This document shows, piece after piece, positions 1 to 10,267 of a stretch of 64,000 bases of DNA; position 1 is the stretch's first letter; every line of letters begins with the position of its first letter. Source of the DNA: Occultella glacieicola (GTDB taxonomy: Bacteria; Actinomycetota; Actinomycetes; Actinomycetales; Beutenbergiaceae). The position numbers were made by a program, and so were the translations under genes. The notes below the pieces were generated by a model, which saw only the letters and a program-made list of their open reading frames with translations, made no database searches and had not been told where the DNA came from. The stretch covers positions 62,001 to 126,000 of the forward strand of contig NZ_SMNA01000011.1 of NCBI RefSeq assembly GCF_004353825.1, read 5' to 3'.

Positions 1-20
1 TGCCGGCCGTCGCCGCCGGC

Positions 21-1136
21 GTGGCCCACGCCCGGGAAGTGCCCGCCGACGCCGGCGACGACGCGCCCGGCGCCGATCCTGCCGAGGTCGCCACCCTCCG
101 GATCGGCTACCTGCCCATCACCGACGCTTCGCCGCTGCTGCTCGCCCATGCCGACGGCGACTTCGCCTCGCGGGGCATCGACGTCCCCGAGCCCACCCTG
201 TTCCGCGGCTGGGCGCCCCTGGTCGAGGCACTGCAGGGGGGCCAGGTGGACATCGTGCACCTGCTCATGCCGCTCGCGATCCAACTTCGCTACGGCGCGG
301 GCGTGCCGGTCAAGGTTCTCGGCTGGAACCACACCAACGGATCGGCGCTCGCGGTGGCCCACGACGTGGACGACCTCGCCGACCTCGCTGGCACCACCTT
401 CGCGGTGCCTGGCTGGTACTCCGTGCACAACGTGGTCTTCCAGAAGATGCTGCGCGACGCGGGCCTTGAGCCCGTCATCGACACCGAGCCGGGACCCGGG
501 ACCGTCCAGTTGGTGGTGCTGCCGCCCGCGGACATGCCGACCGCGCTCGAGGCGGGGACGGTCTCCGGCTACATCGTCGCGGAGCCGTTCTGCGCCGTCG
601 CCGAGGTGCAGGGCATCGGGAAGATCCTGCGCTTCACCGGGGACGTCTGGAAGGACCACGCCTGCTGTGTGACCGTGGTGCACGAACGGCTCGTGACGGA
701 ACGGCCCGACGTGGCGGCCCGTGCCCTGGAGGCGATCGTGGCCGCCCAGCTGCGGATCCGCGACGACCGGCACACCGCCGCCGTCGGGCTCTCCGAGGGT
801 GGGTACCTGCCCCAGCCGTTGCCGGCGATCGACCTCACCCTCACCGAGGAGCAGGATCCCGCCTACGTGACCTCCGGGGCCGTGCAGCACCCCGAGTGGG
901 AGTCCCACCGGATCGACTTCCAGCCCTATCCGTTCCCCGGCTACACCGCGGAACTCGTCGACGCGATGCGCGAGACCACGGTGGACGACTCGCTCGACTG
1001 GCTCGACGCCGTCGAGACCGGCGATGTGCACGCCGACCTCGTCGCGACCGATCTGAACCTGGCCGCGATCGAGTCGGTCGGCGGACTCGCCGCGTTCGGG
1101 GTCGGCCCCGACCGAGTGGAGGTGATCGCGCCATGA
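21..1136 (+). CDS. ABC transporter substrate-binding protein (NrtA/CmpA/SsuA-like); probably 5'-truncated by the window edge
   Basis: Motifs LRIGYLPITDASPLLLA, GWNHTNGSAL, VAEPF and HACCV; the frame is open back to position 3. Confidence 0.85.
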   Translation: MAHAREVPADAGDDAPGADPAEVATLRIGYLPITDASPLLLAHADGDFASRGIDVPEPTLFRGWAPLVEALQGGQVDIVHLLMPLAIQLRYGAGVPVKVLGWNHTNGSALAVAHDVDDLADLAGTTFAVPGWYSVHNVVFQKMLRDAGLEPVIDTEPGPGTVQLVVLPPADMPTALEAGTVSGYIVAEPFCAVAEVQGIGKILRFTGDVWKDHACCVTVVHERLVTERPDVAARALEAIVAAQLRIRDDRHTAAVGLSEGGYLPQPLPAIDLTLTEEQDPAYVTSGAVQHPEWESHRIDFQPYPFPGYTAELVDAMRETTVDDSLDWLDAVETGDVHADLVATDLNLAAIESVGGLAAFGVGPDRVEVIAP

Positions 1137-1975
1137 GCGACGTCCAGCTCGCCGAGGCACCGGTCCGAACGCCCGCCCCGACAGTGCGCCCGGCCGGTGA
1201 CGACCGGAGCAGGCCGCCGCGCGGCGCCTCCCTGGCCGCCCGCGTGCTCGCCCGGGTCGCCGTGGTGGCCGTCGTCCTCGCGCTCTGGTGGCTCGCCACC
1301 GGGGTGATCTTCGCCGACAACGCCGTCGTCGCCCGGATGGGTCCGTGGGCCGCGATCTCGGAACTGGTCCTCAGCCTCGGCGACGTGGCGACCCTGGACG
1401 CGGTCGCCGTCTCCCTCGGCCGGCTGCTGGCCGGGCTGGGCCTGTCCATCGTGGTGGCGGTCCCGCTCGGGCTGCTGCTCGGGTCGAACGCGCTGCTCGA
1501 CTACGCCTCGGCACCGGTGGTGCAGTTCCTGCGGATGACGTCGCCGCTGGCCTGGGCGCCGCTGGTGATCGTGCTGCTCGGCAGCGGTACCCCCGCGGTG
1601 ATCGCGCTGGTCGCGCTCGCGACCACCTGGCCCGTGGTGCTCGGCACTGCGAGCGGCCGCCGGGCCATCGACGCCGGCATGCTGGACATGGTCCGCTCGC
1701 TCGGCGCCACCCGGTGGGAGGGGATCCGCACCGTCGTCCTGCCCGGACTCGTCACGCACCTACGGACTGCGGTCCGGGTGGCCCTCGGGGTCGGTTGGGT
1801 CGTGCTGGTCCCGGCCGAGATGTTCGGGGTCACGAACGGGCTCGGCTACGCGATCCTGAACGCCCGCGACAACCTCGACTACGAGGCCCTCGCCGCCACC
1901 ATGCTGCTGATCGGGGTGGTCGGGTTCCTCCTGGACTCGATCCTGCGCGCGGTCGGCGCCGACGACCAGGCCTGA
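1133..1975 (+). CDS. ABC transporter permease (SsuC/NrtB-like)
   Basis: ATGA overlap with the upstream gene; TM helices; motifs RSLGATRW and LVPAEMFGVTNGLGY. Confidence 0.88.
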   Translation: MSDVQLAEAPVRTPAPTVRPAGDDRSRPPRGASLAARVLARVAVVAVVLALWWLATGVIFADNAVVARMGPWAAISELVLSLGDVATLDAVAVSLGRLLAGLGLSIVVAVPLGLLLGSNALLDYASAPVVQFLRMTSPLAWAPLVIVLLGSGTPAVIALVALATTWPVVLGTASGRRAIDAGMLDMVRSLGATRWEGIRTVVLPGLVTHLRTAVRVALGVGWVVLVPAEMFGVTNGLGYAILNARDNLDYEALAATMLLIGVVGFLLDSILRAVGADDQA

Positions 1976-2821
1976 CCGGCCGGCGAGCTCGACCCGCGGT
2001 CGCGCACCCGCCTCGCCGTAGAAGCGACCCTCGCGCGCCTTCACGGCGGCCACGAGCACGAAGCTCAAGGAGACCAGCAGCGCCCACGAGCCCCACTTCC
2101 CGGCGTGCACCATGCGCCAGATCTCGGTCTGGTCGGGGTACTGCCACGCCCCCAGGAACGTCGCCGCGTTCTCGGCGACCCACAGGAAGAAGCCGATCAG
2201 GACGAACGAGACGGTGAGCGGCATCGAGTACCGGCGTGCGCCGACGACGTAGAACACCCGGCTGCGCCAGAGGGCCACGACGAACCCGGCGGCGATCAGC
2301 CACCTCAGGTCCGCGATCACGTGGTGGGTGTAGAAGTTCGCGTACGCGGCCGCGGCCAGGACCACGGCCGGCACCCAGCGGAAGTCGGTCACCCGCAGGT
2401 CGAACCGGCGGAACGCCTGGCACAGGTAGGAGCCGACGGCCGCGTACATGAAGCCCGAGTACAGCGGGACCCCGCCGACCTTCGCCCACGCGTCCTCGGG
2501 GTAGGCCCACGACCCGGCGTTCACCTTGTACAGCTCGAGCGCGAGCCCGAGCAGGTGGAACGCCGCGATCACGGCGATCTCACGTCCGGTCTCGAGGCGG
2601 AGCAGGTAGAACACGACCGTGATCGCCACGCCGTACAGGGCCAGGGCGTCATAGCGGGCGATCGGCAGCGGCACCACCGCGCTGGCCGCGAGACCGGCGA
2701 AGATCGCCGCGGCGAACAGGCAGCACTGCACCTGGAGCCAGCCGAACCGCAGCAACTGCCCAACGGCGGCCGCCACCCCTCTCGAAGGAGCGGCGGCGAG
2801 GGCGATGGGCGTGTCGGTCAC
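1760..2821 (-). CDS. DUF817-like membrane protein
   Basis: Motifs FHLLGLALELYKV..GSWAYP, GVPLYSGFMYAAVGSY and WVAENAATFLGAWQYP; the C-terminus runs into the convergent permease. Confidence 0.75.
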   Translation of the reverse strand: MTDTPIALAAAPSRGVAAAVGQLLRFGWLQVQCCLFAAAIFAGLAASAVVPLPIARYDALALYGVAITVVFYLLRLETGREIAVIAAFHLLGLALELYKVNAGSWAYPEDAWAKVGGVPLYSGFMYAAVGSYLCQAFRRFDLRVTDFRWVPAVVLAAAAYANFYTHHVIADLRWLIAAGFVVALWRSRVFYVVGARRYSMPLTVSFVLIGFFLWVAENAATFLGAWQYPDQTEIWRMVHAGKWGSWALLVSLSFVLVAAVKAREGRFYGEAGARPRVELAGRSGLVVGADRAQDRVQEEPDHPDQQHGGGEGLVVEVVAGVQDRVAEPVRDPEHLGRDQHDPTDPEGHPDRSP

Positions 2822-2946
2822 GGCCAGAAGCGTGCCAGCGCCACCGGCCGACCTGCGCGCCCGGACCGCCGGTTCCGCAAGACCCGCCCATCAGTCCCAC
2901 CCAACCTCCCCGCGGTGTCCACGATCGGCCGGGCCACCGACACCCG

Positions 2947-3076
2947 GGCGAGCGTGCGATTCCCCGGCGCGTCCGGCCCATCGGCCGTGCAACGGCACCC
3001 TCGCGCCGATCGGCTCCCGGCGAGCGTGCGGATCTTCGGCCCACGTGACCGATCGGCCGCAACATGCCTCTCTCGC
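2947..3076. repeat. Two degenerate ~72-bp REP-like hairpin units
   Basis: GGCGAGCGTGCG at 2947 and 3019, each followed by ATCGGCCG..GCAAC and a complementary ..CTCGC arm. Confidence 0.4.
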
Positions 3077-3145
3077 ACCACCGACCGCGGCGAGGGCGAG
3101 CACCTGAGCGAGCGGACGCCGTCGTCGGCCTGTCACCATGGGTGG

Positions 3146-5812
3146 ATGGCCCGCAACTCCGAGACGTCCGTCGCCGTCGACGGTCGGCGGGTGCGCCTGA
3201 CGAACCTGGACAAGGTCCTCTACCCCGCGACCGGCACCACGAAGGCCGAGGTGATCGCGTACTACTCGGAGATCGCACCGGTGATGCTGCCGCACTGCTC
3301 GGGCCGGCCGGCGACGCGGAAGCGGTGGGTGAACGGGGTGGGTACCGAGGACGACCCCGGCCAGGTGTTCTTCACGAAGAACCTCGACTCCGGCACGCCG
3401 GACTGGGTGGTGCGCGCCGAGCTGACCCACAGCGACCACACGAACGTCTACCCCCTCGTCGGCGACCGGGCGACCCTCGTCTGGCTGGCGCAGATGGCGG
3501 CGTTGGAGATCCACGTCCCGCAGTGGCGGTTCGACTCCGCGGGGCGCCCACGCAACCCCGATCGGATCGTCTTCGACCTCGACCCCGGCCCCGGCATCGA
3601 GCTGGCGCAGGTGGCGCAGGTGGCCCGGTTCGTGCGCGAGGTGCTGAGCGGAATGGGCATGGACGCCGTTCCGGTGACCAGTGGCTCCAAGGGCATCCAC
3701 GTGTACGCGGCGCTGCCCGGCGTGCATACCTCCAGCCAGATCAGCGACCTGGCCAAGGAGCTGGCGCGGAGCCTGGAGGCCGACCATCCGGACCTGGTGG
3801 TCTCGGAGATGGCGAAGGCCAAGCGGGTCGGCAAGGTCTTCATCGACTGGAGCCAGAACCACTCGAACAAGACGACCGTGGCCCCGTACTCGCTGCGCGG
3901 GCGCCATCATCCGACCGTCGCGGTCCCCCGCACCTGGGACGAGCTCGCCGAGAAGGACCTGCGCCACCTGGACCTGACCGAGGTGCCCGCCCTCGTCGCC
4001 GAGCGCGGGGACCCGATGGCGGCGCTGGAGAGCGTGGCCCACTCGACGGACACCGCCGGGGGGCATGGTCCGGACCGGCTGACCGCCTACCGCGCCAAGC
4101 GGGACGCGGCCCGGACCCCCGAGCCGGTGCCGCACGCGGCGCCACCGGAGGTCACCGAGCCGGTGTTCGTGATCCAGGAGCACGACGCCAGCCGGCTGCA
4201 CTGGGACCTGCGCCTGGCCCACGAGGGCGTCCTGGTGAGCTGGGCGCTTCCGAAGGGGGTGCCGACCGATCCGGCCGGCAACCACCTGGCCGTGCAGACC
4301 GAGGACCACCCGATGGAGTACCTGACCTTCCACGGATCGATCCCGCGGGGCGAGTACGGTGCCGGCGAGATGACGATCTGGGACACCGGTACCTACGACC
4401 TGGAGAAGTGGCGCGAGGGCAAGGAGGTCATCGTCACCCTGACCGGGGCCGACGGCGGTGGGCTGGCCGGGTCGGTCGGGCGCAGCGCCCGGTTCGCCCT
4501 GATCCGGACCGGCCGCCGTGACGGCGACGATAACCACTGGCTGATCCACCTCATGAAGCCCCCCGGGCCGGCCCCGAACGGGATGACCGCCGACGGCGGA
4601 GGGCGGGTCCCGAAGGATGGCTCGCCCGGTCGCGTCTCACCGGCCCGAGCCGGCCGCGCCGTCAGCGCTTCCGCGGAAGCACCGACACCGGGGACGAGGA
4701 TCACCACCACACCCCCACCACGACCCGCTTCCGCGCAAGCGCTCCCGAACCACACCCGCACCGCCGGACCGCCCACCACCGCTTCCGCGAAAGCGCGCGA
4801 CCGCGTCGGCGGCTCGACCTCCGCCGCCCGCTCCGCGGCTCCGCCGCTCCCGATGCTCGCGACGCTCGGCTCGCCCGTCGACGTACCGGACGGGCCGGGG
4901 TGGGCGCTGGAGATGAAGTGGGACGGGATGCGCGCGGTCGCCGTCGTGGACCGGGACGCGGACCCGGTCGTGAGGTTGTGGGCCCGGAGCGGACGTGACA
5001 TCACCGCGACGTTCCCGGAACTGGCGGCGCTCACCGACGCGGTCTCGGTCGAGCGGGCCGTGCTCGACGGCGAGATCGTCGCCCTGGACGCCGGCGGGCG
5101 CCCGGACTTCGCCGATCTGCAACCCCGGATGCAGGCCACCAACCCCCGGGAGATCGCGGCCGCCGCAGCCCGCCGCCCCGTCCACCTCATGCTCTTCGAC
5201 GTCCTGGAGGTGGACGGCACCGAACTCCTGGACCAGCGCTATGACGACCGACGGGCCGCACTCGAGACCGTCGTCGACGCCCCGGCCGGCGGCATCGTCC
5301 AGGTGCCGCCGGTGTTCGACGGCGACCTCGACGCCGCCGTCGAGGCGTCGCTGGCCTGGAACCTGGAGGGGGTCGTGGCCAAGCGGCGCGACTCGCGCTA
5401 CCTGCCCGGGCGGCGCGCCTCGAGTTGGATCAAGATCAAGCACACCCGCACGCAGGATGTGGTCGTCGGGGGTTGGCGCCCCGGGCAGGGCGGCCGCACC
5501 GGGCAGGTCGGCTCGCTCCTGGCCGGGGTCTTCGACGACGACGGCGCTCTGCACTACGTGGGCCGGGTGGGCTCGGGCTTCACGGCGGCCGAGACCTCTG
5601 CGTGGGTCCGCGAGTTCACGTCCACCGCCCGGGACCGCAGCCCGTTCGAGGAGGTGCCCGCCCTGGACGCCCGGGACGCGCACTGGCTCGAGCCGACCCG
5701 GGTCGGGGAGGTCGCGTTCGGCGAGTGGACCCCGACGGGCCGGCTGCGCCACCCGCGCTGGCGCGGCTGGCGGCCGGACCTCGACCCGGCCACCGTCCGG
5801 CGCAACGGCTGA
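3146..5812 (+). CDS. ligD: Multifunctional NHEJ DNA ligase D (polymerase-phosphoesterase-ligase)
   Basis: POL domain (LTNLDKVLYP, FDLDPG, TSGSKGIH, FIDWSQN), PE domain (QEHDASRLHWDLRL, TEDHP) and LIG domain (EMKWDGMR, EGVVAKR, LRHPRWRG); start set at ATG 3146 rather than the ORF-track start 2105. Confidence 0.95.
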   Translation: MARNSETSVAVDGRRVRLTNLDKVLYPATGTTKAEVIAYYSEIAPVMLPHCSGRPATRKRWVNGVGTEDDPGQVFFTKNLDSGTPDWVVRAELTHSDHTNVYPLVGDRATLVWLAQMAALEIHVPQWRFDSAGRPRNPDRIVFDLDPGPGIELAQVAQVARFVREVLSGMGMDAVPVTSGSKGIHVYAALPGVHTSSQISDLAKELARSLEADHPDLVVSEMAKAKRVGKVFIDWSQNHSNKTTVAPYSLRGRHHPTVAVPRTWDELAEKDLRHLDLTEVPALVAERGDPMAALESVAHSTDTAGGHGPDRLTAYRAKRDAARTPEPVPHAAPPEVTEPVFVIQEHDASRLHWDLRLAHEGVLVSWALPKGVPTDPAGNHLAVQTEDHPMEYLTFHGSIPRGEYGAGEMTIWDTGTYDLEKWREGKEVIVTLTGADGGGLAGSVGRSARFALIRTGRRDGDDNHWLIHLMKPPGPAPNGMTADGGGRVPKDGSPGRVSPARAGRAVSASAEAPTPGTRITTTPPPRPASAQALPNHTRTAGPPTTASAKARDRVGGSTSAARSAAPPLPMLATLGSPVDVPDGPGWALEMKWDGMRAVAVVDRDADPVVRLWARSGRDITATFPELAALTDAVSVERAVLDGEIVALDAGGRPDFADLQPRMQATNPREIAAAAARRPVHLMLFDVLEVDGTELLDQRYDDRRAALETVVDAPAGGIVQVPPVFDGDLDAAVEASLAWNLEGVVAKRRDSRYLPGRRASSWIKIKHTRTQDVVVGGWRPGQGGRTGQVGSLLAGVFDDDGALHYVGRVGSGFTAAETSAWVREFTSTARDRSPFEEVPALDARDAHWLEPTRVGEVAFGEWTPTGRLRHPRWRGWRPDLDPATVRRNG
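4666..4794. repeat. Three 15-bp palindromic direct repeats inside the ligD linker
   Basis: CGCTTCCGCG(G/C/A)AAGC at 4666, 4726 and 4780, with spacers of 45 and 39 bp. Confidence 0.8.
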
Positions 5813-5845
5813 CGGCGCGCCCGACCCGAACCGCGGCGGGCCCGC

Positions 5846-7702
5846 TCAGAGTGCGGCCGGGACCCGCCGGCGTCGAGCCCCATGGGGGTGCGAGGCCCGG
5901 TCGAACGGGTCCGGGTCGTCGAGCGAGTCGGTGTCGTCGTAGGACGCCCGGTCCTCGGTCAGCCGCGGCCTGACCGCCACGACGTCCTCGGGCGACTCGG
6001 CGTCGGCGAGCGGCGTGACCTCGGTGCGGGGCGACCCGTTCCCGAGCGACGTGCCGTCGGCGGTGGGCCCGACGTCGGCGACCGCGACGTGCCCGGCGAA
6101 CGGCTCAGGCTCGGCGAACGGCTCAGGCTCGACGAACAGCTCGGGCTCGGCGATCGGGCCCCCATCGGTGACCGACCCCGCATCGGCGACCCGCTCGCCC
6201 GACGCACGCTCCGCCGTCGGCCCGGTTACCGCGGTGACCGCTACCGGCACCGCGACCTCCTCGACAGCCTCCGCCGCTCGCGGCGGGGGGACGTCGAGAC
6301 CCGCCTCGGGGGCCGGCCCAGCCACGGCAGCGACGGGCACGACCGGTGCCGCCGAGACCGTGCCGGCGCCGTGCACCCGCGGCACGACGTAGACGAAGCC
6401 GCGCCCCGGCCGGTTGCGAAGCCGCAGCACCGGCTTGAGGTCACCGCGGCGGGCGAGGATGGCGCCGACCACGGCGACCCCAAGCAAGGGGCCGACGGCG
6501 CACGCCGCCAGGCCGGCGTGGGCACCATGGTGCTCGGCGACCCAGCCGATCAGTAGGCCGGAGAAAGCCTGCGCGCCCATGTTGATGAGCACGTACAGGG
6601 ACAGCACCCGGCCACGCATCGCCGGGTCGGCGCTCGTCTGCACGAGCGTGTTGCTCCGGGTCAGGTAGAGCAGGCAGCTCAGCCCGACGCCGAAGAGTGC
6701 CACCAGGAACAGCCAGAACACGGACAGCGCGGAGGCCACCAGGAGCAGAACCCCGAGCGTGGCGGCACCACCGACGAGGGTCCGCAGCCGCAACCGTCGG
6801 GCGCGGCCGGCGAAGATCGCGCCTGTGCACGCCCCGGCGGCGAGCGTCGAGGTGAGCAGGCCGTAGCCGCTGGCGCCGGCGCCGACCACCTCGCTGGCGT
6901 ACTGCGCGAGCACCGTGGCCATGTTCACCCCGGTGATCGCGACGAACCCGACCAACACGCAGGCCCAGAGGATCTCGGGCTTGCTCCGCACGTGGGCCAG
7001 GCCCTCGCGCAACTGTCCCTTGGCCCGTGCCACCACCGGCGCGAGGTGCATCTCCGCTCGCCTCATCCGGAAGATCAGGAACGCCGCGATCCAGCAGGCG
7101 AGCGCGTTGGCGACGAACGCCCAGCCGTTGCCGACCAGGGCGATCAGCGCGGCGGCAAAGGCCGGGCCGATCAGCGCGCCGAGCTGGAACACGGAGGTGT
7201 TCAGGCTGATCGCGCGGCGGAGCAGCTTCGGGCCGGCGATCTCGTGGATGAACGCCTGACGGGCCGGGTTGTCGATGACGATCGCCATCCCCCCGAGCAG
7301 GGCCGAGGCGAGCACGTGCCAGACCTCGACCACACCGAGCAGGGTGAGCACCCCGACCACGAGCGTGAACGTGCCGAACAGCGTCTGGGTCACGGTCAGG
7401 ATCCGCTGACGGTCGTACCGGTCCGCGATCACACCGCCGAACAGGCCGAACAGCAGCATCGGCGCGAACTGCAGCGCGACGGTGAGACCGACCAGCGCGG
7501 CGGAACCGCTCAGTTCCAGCACCAGCCAGTCCTGGGCCACGCGGGCGGCCCAGCCGCAGGTGCTGGTGAGCACCTGGGAGGAGACGTAGTACCGATAGTT
7601 GCGCACGCGCAGGGCATCGAGGATGCCGGAGCCGGCGGCCGGCGAGCGGAGGGGGCGGAGGGCGAACGGGGACGGGAGCCTGGGGAGGCGGGCCGAAGAC
7701 AC
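5846..7702 (-). CDS. MFS transporter with a long acidic Pro/Ala-rich C-terminal tail
   Basis: Motifs GGVIADRYDRQRIL, DNPARQAF and DPAMRGRVLSLY; about 12 TM segments; tail contains an 18-bp x3 repeat (6098-6151, EPEPFA). Confidence 0.88.
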   Translation of the reverse strand: MSSARLPRLPSPFALRPLRSPAAGSGILDALRVRNYRYYVSSQVLTSTCGWAARVAQDWLVLELSGSAALVGLTVALQFAPMLLFGLFGGVIADRYDRQRILTVTQTLFGTFTLVVGVLTLLGVVEVWHVLASALLGGMAIVIDNPARQAFIHEIAGPKLLRRAISLNTSVFQLGALIGPAFAAALIALVGNGWAFVANALACWIAAFLIFRMRRAEMHLAPVVARAKGQLREGLAHVRSKPEILWACVLVGFVAITGVNMATVLAQYASEVVGAGASGYGLLTSTLAAGACTGAIFAGRARRLRLRTLVGGAATLGVLLLVASALSVFWLFLVALFGVGLSCLLYLTRSNTLVQTSADPAMRGRVLSLYVLINMGAQAFSGLLIGWVAEHHGAHAGLAACAVGPLLGVAVVGAILARRGDLKPVLRLRNRPGRGFVYVVPRVHGAGTVSAAPVVPVAAVAGPAPEAGLDVPPPRAAEAVEEVAVPVAVTAVTGPTAERASGERVADAGSVTDGGPIAEPELFVEPEPFAEPEPFAGHVAVADVGPTADGTSLGNGSPRTEVTPLADAESPEDVVAVRPRLTEDRASYDDTDSLDDPDPFDRASHPHGARRRRVPAAL

Positions 7703-7887
7703 AGGGGGTCCTTGGAGAAGAGCGCGAGTGAGTGAGTCGGAGTCGGACCGAACGAACGGTTTCGAGGTAGTACCGGGGGGCTCACGGCAGTGCGAACGGC
7801 ACCGGGGCGACCCCTCGGAAGTGAGGCGGTACCGCCAACCCTAGGTAGCCTTGACCCATAAGTCGAAGCCATACATCCTATAAGTGC

Positions 7888-7904
7888 CATTGCCAATCGC
7901 AATG
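7888..7904. promoter_or_regulatory. Putative LysR recognition box
   Basis: CATTGC-CAATC-GCAATG inverted repeat containing T-N11-A, between the divergent MFS and LysR genes. Confidence 0.7.
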
Positions 7905-7940
7905 AGTAGCACGACATGATCGAATCGTTACGACGACAAG

Positions 7941-8816
7941 GTGCGGCCTTTGTTCGATCCCACCCTGCTGCGTACCTTCCTGGTACTGAGCGAGACGCTG
8001 AGCTTCACCCGGACCGCCGAGCGGCTGGGCATCTCGCAGCCGACGGTGAGCCAACACGTGGGCCGATTGGAGCGCGCCTCGGGCCGTTCCCTGGTCCTTC
8101 GGGACACCCGGGCGGTCACGCTGACGGACAACGGTGAGGCGATGGCCGGCTTTGCCCGCACCATTCTCGCCGCCCACGACCAGGCCGTGGCGTACTTCAC
8201 AGGCTCGGCGATGAGCGGCCGGCTCCGGTTCGGCGCGGCCGACGACCTGGCCCTGACCCAACTCCCCCGGATCCTGCGGGACTACCGCCAGTTGCACCCG
8301 CGGGTCAGCCTCGAGCTCACGGTGGCCCAGTCCGGCCTGCTGCACCGGCGGCTGCTGGCCGGGCACCTGGACCTGGTTTTCATCAAGGAGAACCCCGGCG
8401 AGACCGAGGGACAACTGGTCCGCCGGGACCGTCTGGTCTGGGCCGGACTGCCGAGCACCCACATCGACCCCGGCGACGTGGTGCCGCTGATCACGTACCC
8501 GAACCCGAGCCTGAGCCGGCTCACGGCGGTGCGCGCGCTCGAGGACGCCGGCCGCACCTGGCGGGTGACCTGCACGACGCGGGAGATCAACGGGGTGCTG
8601 GCGGCGGTCCGCGCGGGCCTGGGCGTCACCCCGCTCGCCCAGAGCCTGATCCCGCAGGACCTCTCGATCCCGCCGGCGGCGTCGGGCCTGCCCCCGCTCG
8701 GTGACGTCGACCTGACCCTGGTCGCCAACCCCCGCGCACCGGTCGCCCCGGTCGCCGCGCTGTCGGCCGCGATCCTGGGCCGCGGCGGCGACCCGCTGGT
8801 GCCGGTGCAGCGCTGA
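7941..8816 (+). CDS. LysR-family transcriptional regulator
   Basis: HTH LLRTFLVL..SFTRTAERLGISQPTVSQHVGRLE followed by a substrate-binding domain; the true start may be TTG 7950. Confidence 0.93.
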   Translation: MRPLFDPTLLRTFLVLSETLSFTRTAERLGISQPTVSQHVGRLERASGRSLVLRDTRAVTLTDNGEAMAGFARTILAAHDQAVAYFTGSAMSGRLRFGAADDLALTQLPRILRDYRQLHPRVSLELTVAQSGLLHRRLLAGHLDLVFIKENPGETEGQLVRRDRLVWAGLPSTHIDPGDVVPLITYPNPSLSRLTAVRALEDAGRTWRVTCTTREINGVLAAVRAGLGVTPLAQSLIPQDLSIPPAASGLPPLGDVDLTLVANPRAPVAPVAALSAAILGRGGDPLVPVQR

Positions 8817-8860
8817 CGGCGGCCGGCTTGGCGGGAACTACCCGCCGCAGGTCGTGCGCG

Positions 8861-9472
8861 TCAGACCTCGGACTTCGTGGACTCGAGCGCCTTCGCCTGC
8901 TGCACGAAGTAGTCGACGAACAGCCGGCCCACCGTCAGCACCACGAACCCGAGGGCTGCACCGCTGACCAGCGAGACGATCCCGCCGAGCAGGCTCCCCA
9001 CGCTGCCGTACGGGCCGAACGCCCAGAACTGTCCGATCGCGTTGAACAGCCCACCCACTGCGAGCACGCCCGCCAGCACGATGATCGCGATATACGCGAG
9101 CTTCGCCGTCTTCAGCGTCGAGGGTTGCGCGAACTCGGTGTCGAAGAGCCCGGGCCCACCCGGCGCCGTCGGGTACGGCGCGCCGCCGTACTGACCACCG
9201 AAGCCCTGCTGGCCCGGCTGGCCGTACTGGCCCTGTTGACCGTGCGGGCCCTCCTGGCCGTATTGGCCCTGCTGTGCTGGTTGCCCGGGCTGCTGGCCGT
9301 GCTGCGGGTAGCCGGCGGGCTGCCCGTAGGCGCCCGGAGCCTGGCTCGCCTGCCCGTACGCATCCTGGACCGGAGCCTGGCTCGCCTGCCCGTACTCACC
9401 GGACGGGTTCTGTGGTGCGCCGTACTGCCCGGGGACACCCTGCGGCGACTGTGGTGGCTGGTACTGGCTCAT
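8861..9472 (-). CDS. Hypothetical membrane protein with a Q/P/G/Y-rich N-terminus
   Basis: Low-complexity GQYGQPG repeats followed by two TM helices. Confidence 0.75.
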   Translation of the reverse strand: MSQYQPPQSPQGVPGQYGAPQNPSGEYGQASQAPVQDAYGQASQAPGAYGQPAGYPQHGQQPGQPAQQGQYGQEGPHGQQGQYGQPGQQGFGGQYGGAPYPTAPGGPGLFDTEFAQPSTLKTAKLAYIAIIVLAGVLAVGGLFNAIGQFWAFGPYGSVGSLLGGIVSLVSGAALGFVVLTVGRLFVDYFVQQAKALESTKSEV

Positions 9473-9703
9473 GTGTCGAAACCCCTCGGAGAACGTGATC
9501 GGCTGCGCAGGCATCACCCGCGCTCAGCAACCTTAGGCCCCCAGCCCCACGGGTCCGGCAGGGCGGGTGGGCAGTCCTACCCGTCGGACGCCGGCGGCCG
9601 GCCGGCTCCGCGACCGCCCCACCACCCGCGGACCCCGGTCTTGTGCCCGGCAGCGGGCGCTCAGTACGGTCGGTCCTGACCGACCAGGAACAGGAGACAC
9701 CAC

Positions 9704-10198
9704 GTGAGCGACGCCCGCGCCACCGGCTACCTGCGGGAGAACACCAGTGGCCTGGAACTCGTGTTCGAGCGCACCCTCGAGGCTCCGGTCGCCGAGATCT
9801 GGTCCGCGCTGACCACTTCCGAGGGCACGGCCTCCTGGATCGGCACCTGGACCGGCGACGCCCGGGAGGGCGGCACCGTCTCGTTCACGATGACCGCCGA
9901 GGACAGCGCCGAGCCGGAGGACGTCACGATCCTGGAGTGCCAGGCACCGAGCCGGCTCCAGGTCGAGTTCTCCAGCGAGGCCGGGGTGTGGCACCTGGAG
10001 GCCGACCTGCAGGAGGTCGACGGCGTCACCAGGCTCGAGTTCTCGCAGCTGCTCGATCAGGGCCAGGACATCACCGGCATCGGCCCTGGTTGGGACTTCT
10101 ACCTGGACCGCCTGGTGGCGTCCCGCACCGGCGCGGCGATGCCGTCCTGGGACGACTACCACCCCGCCCTCGCCGAGCACTACGCCGGACTCGGCTGA
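9704..10198 (+). CDS. SRPBCC/AHSA1-family protein
   Basis: Motifs FERTLEAPVAEIWSALT and GPGWDFYLDRL; RBS AGGAG. Confidence 0.85.
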   Translation: MSDARATGYLRENTSGLELVFERTLEAPVAEIWSALTTSEGTASWIGTWTGDAREGGTVSFTMTAEDSAEPEDVTILECQAPSRLQVEFSSEAGVWHLEADLQEVDGVTRLEFSQLLDQGQDITGIGPGWDFYLDRLVASRTGAAMPSWDDYHPALAEHYAGLG

Positions 10199-10267
10199 TC
10201 CACTGTCGCGCGGCGGCGCCGTCGGGCAGGATGGGTGCAGCACACACCCGCCTGCGAAGGAGCGACG

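Noticed and set aside
2105..3145. N-terminal extension making LigD 1235 aa
   Set aside because: Antisense shadow of the DUF817-like gene plus intergenic DNA; LigD similarity starts at 3146
4666..4794. CRISPR array
   Set aside because: Only three 15-bp repeats, inside a coding frame, with no leader or cas genes
3146..5812. ligD without ku as an anomaly
   Set aside because: ku is often unlinked; this cannot be judged from the window
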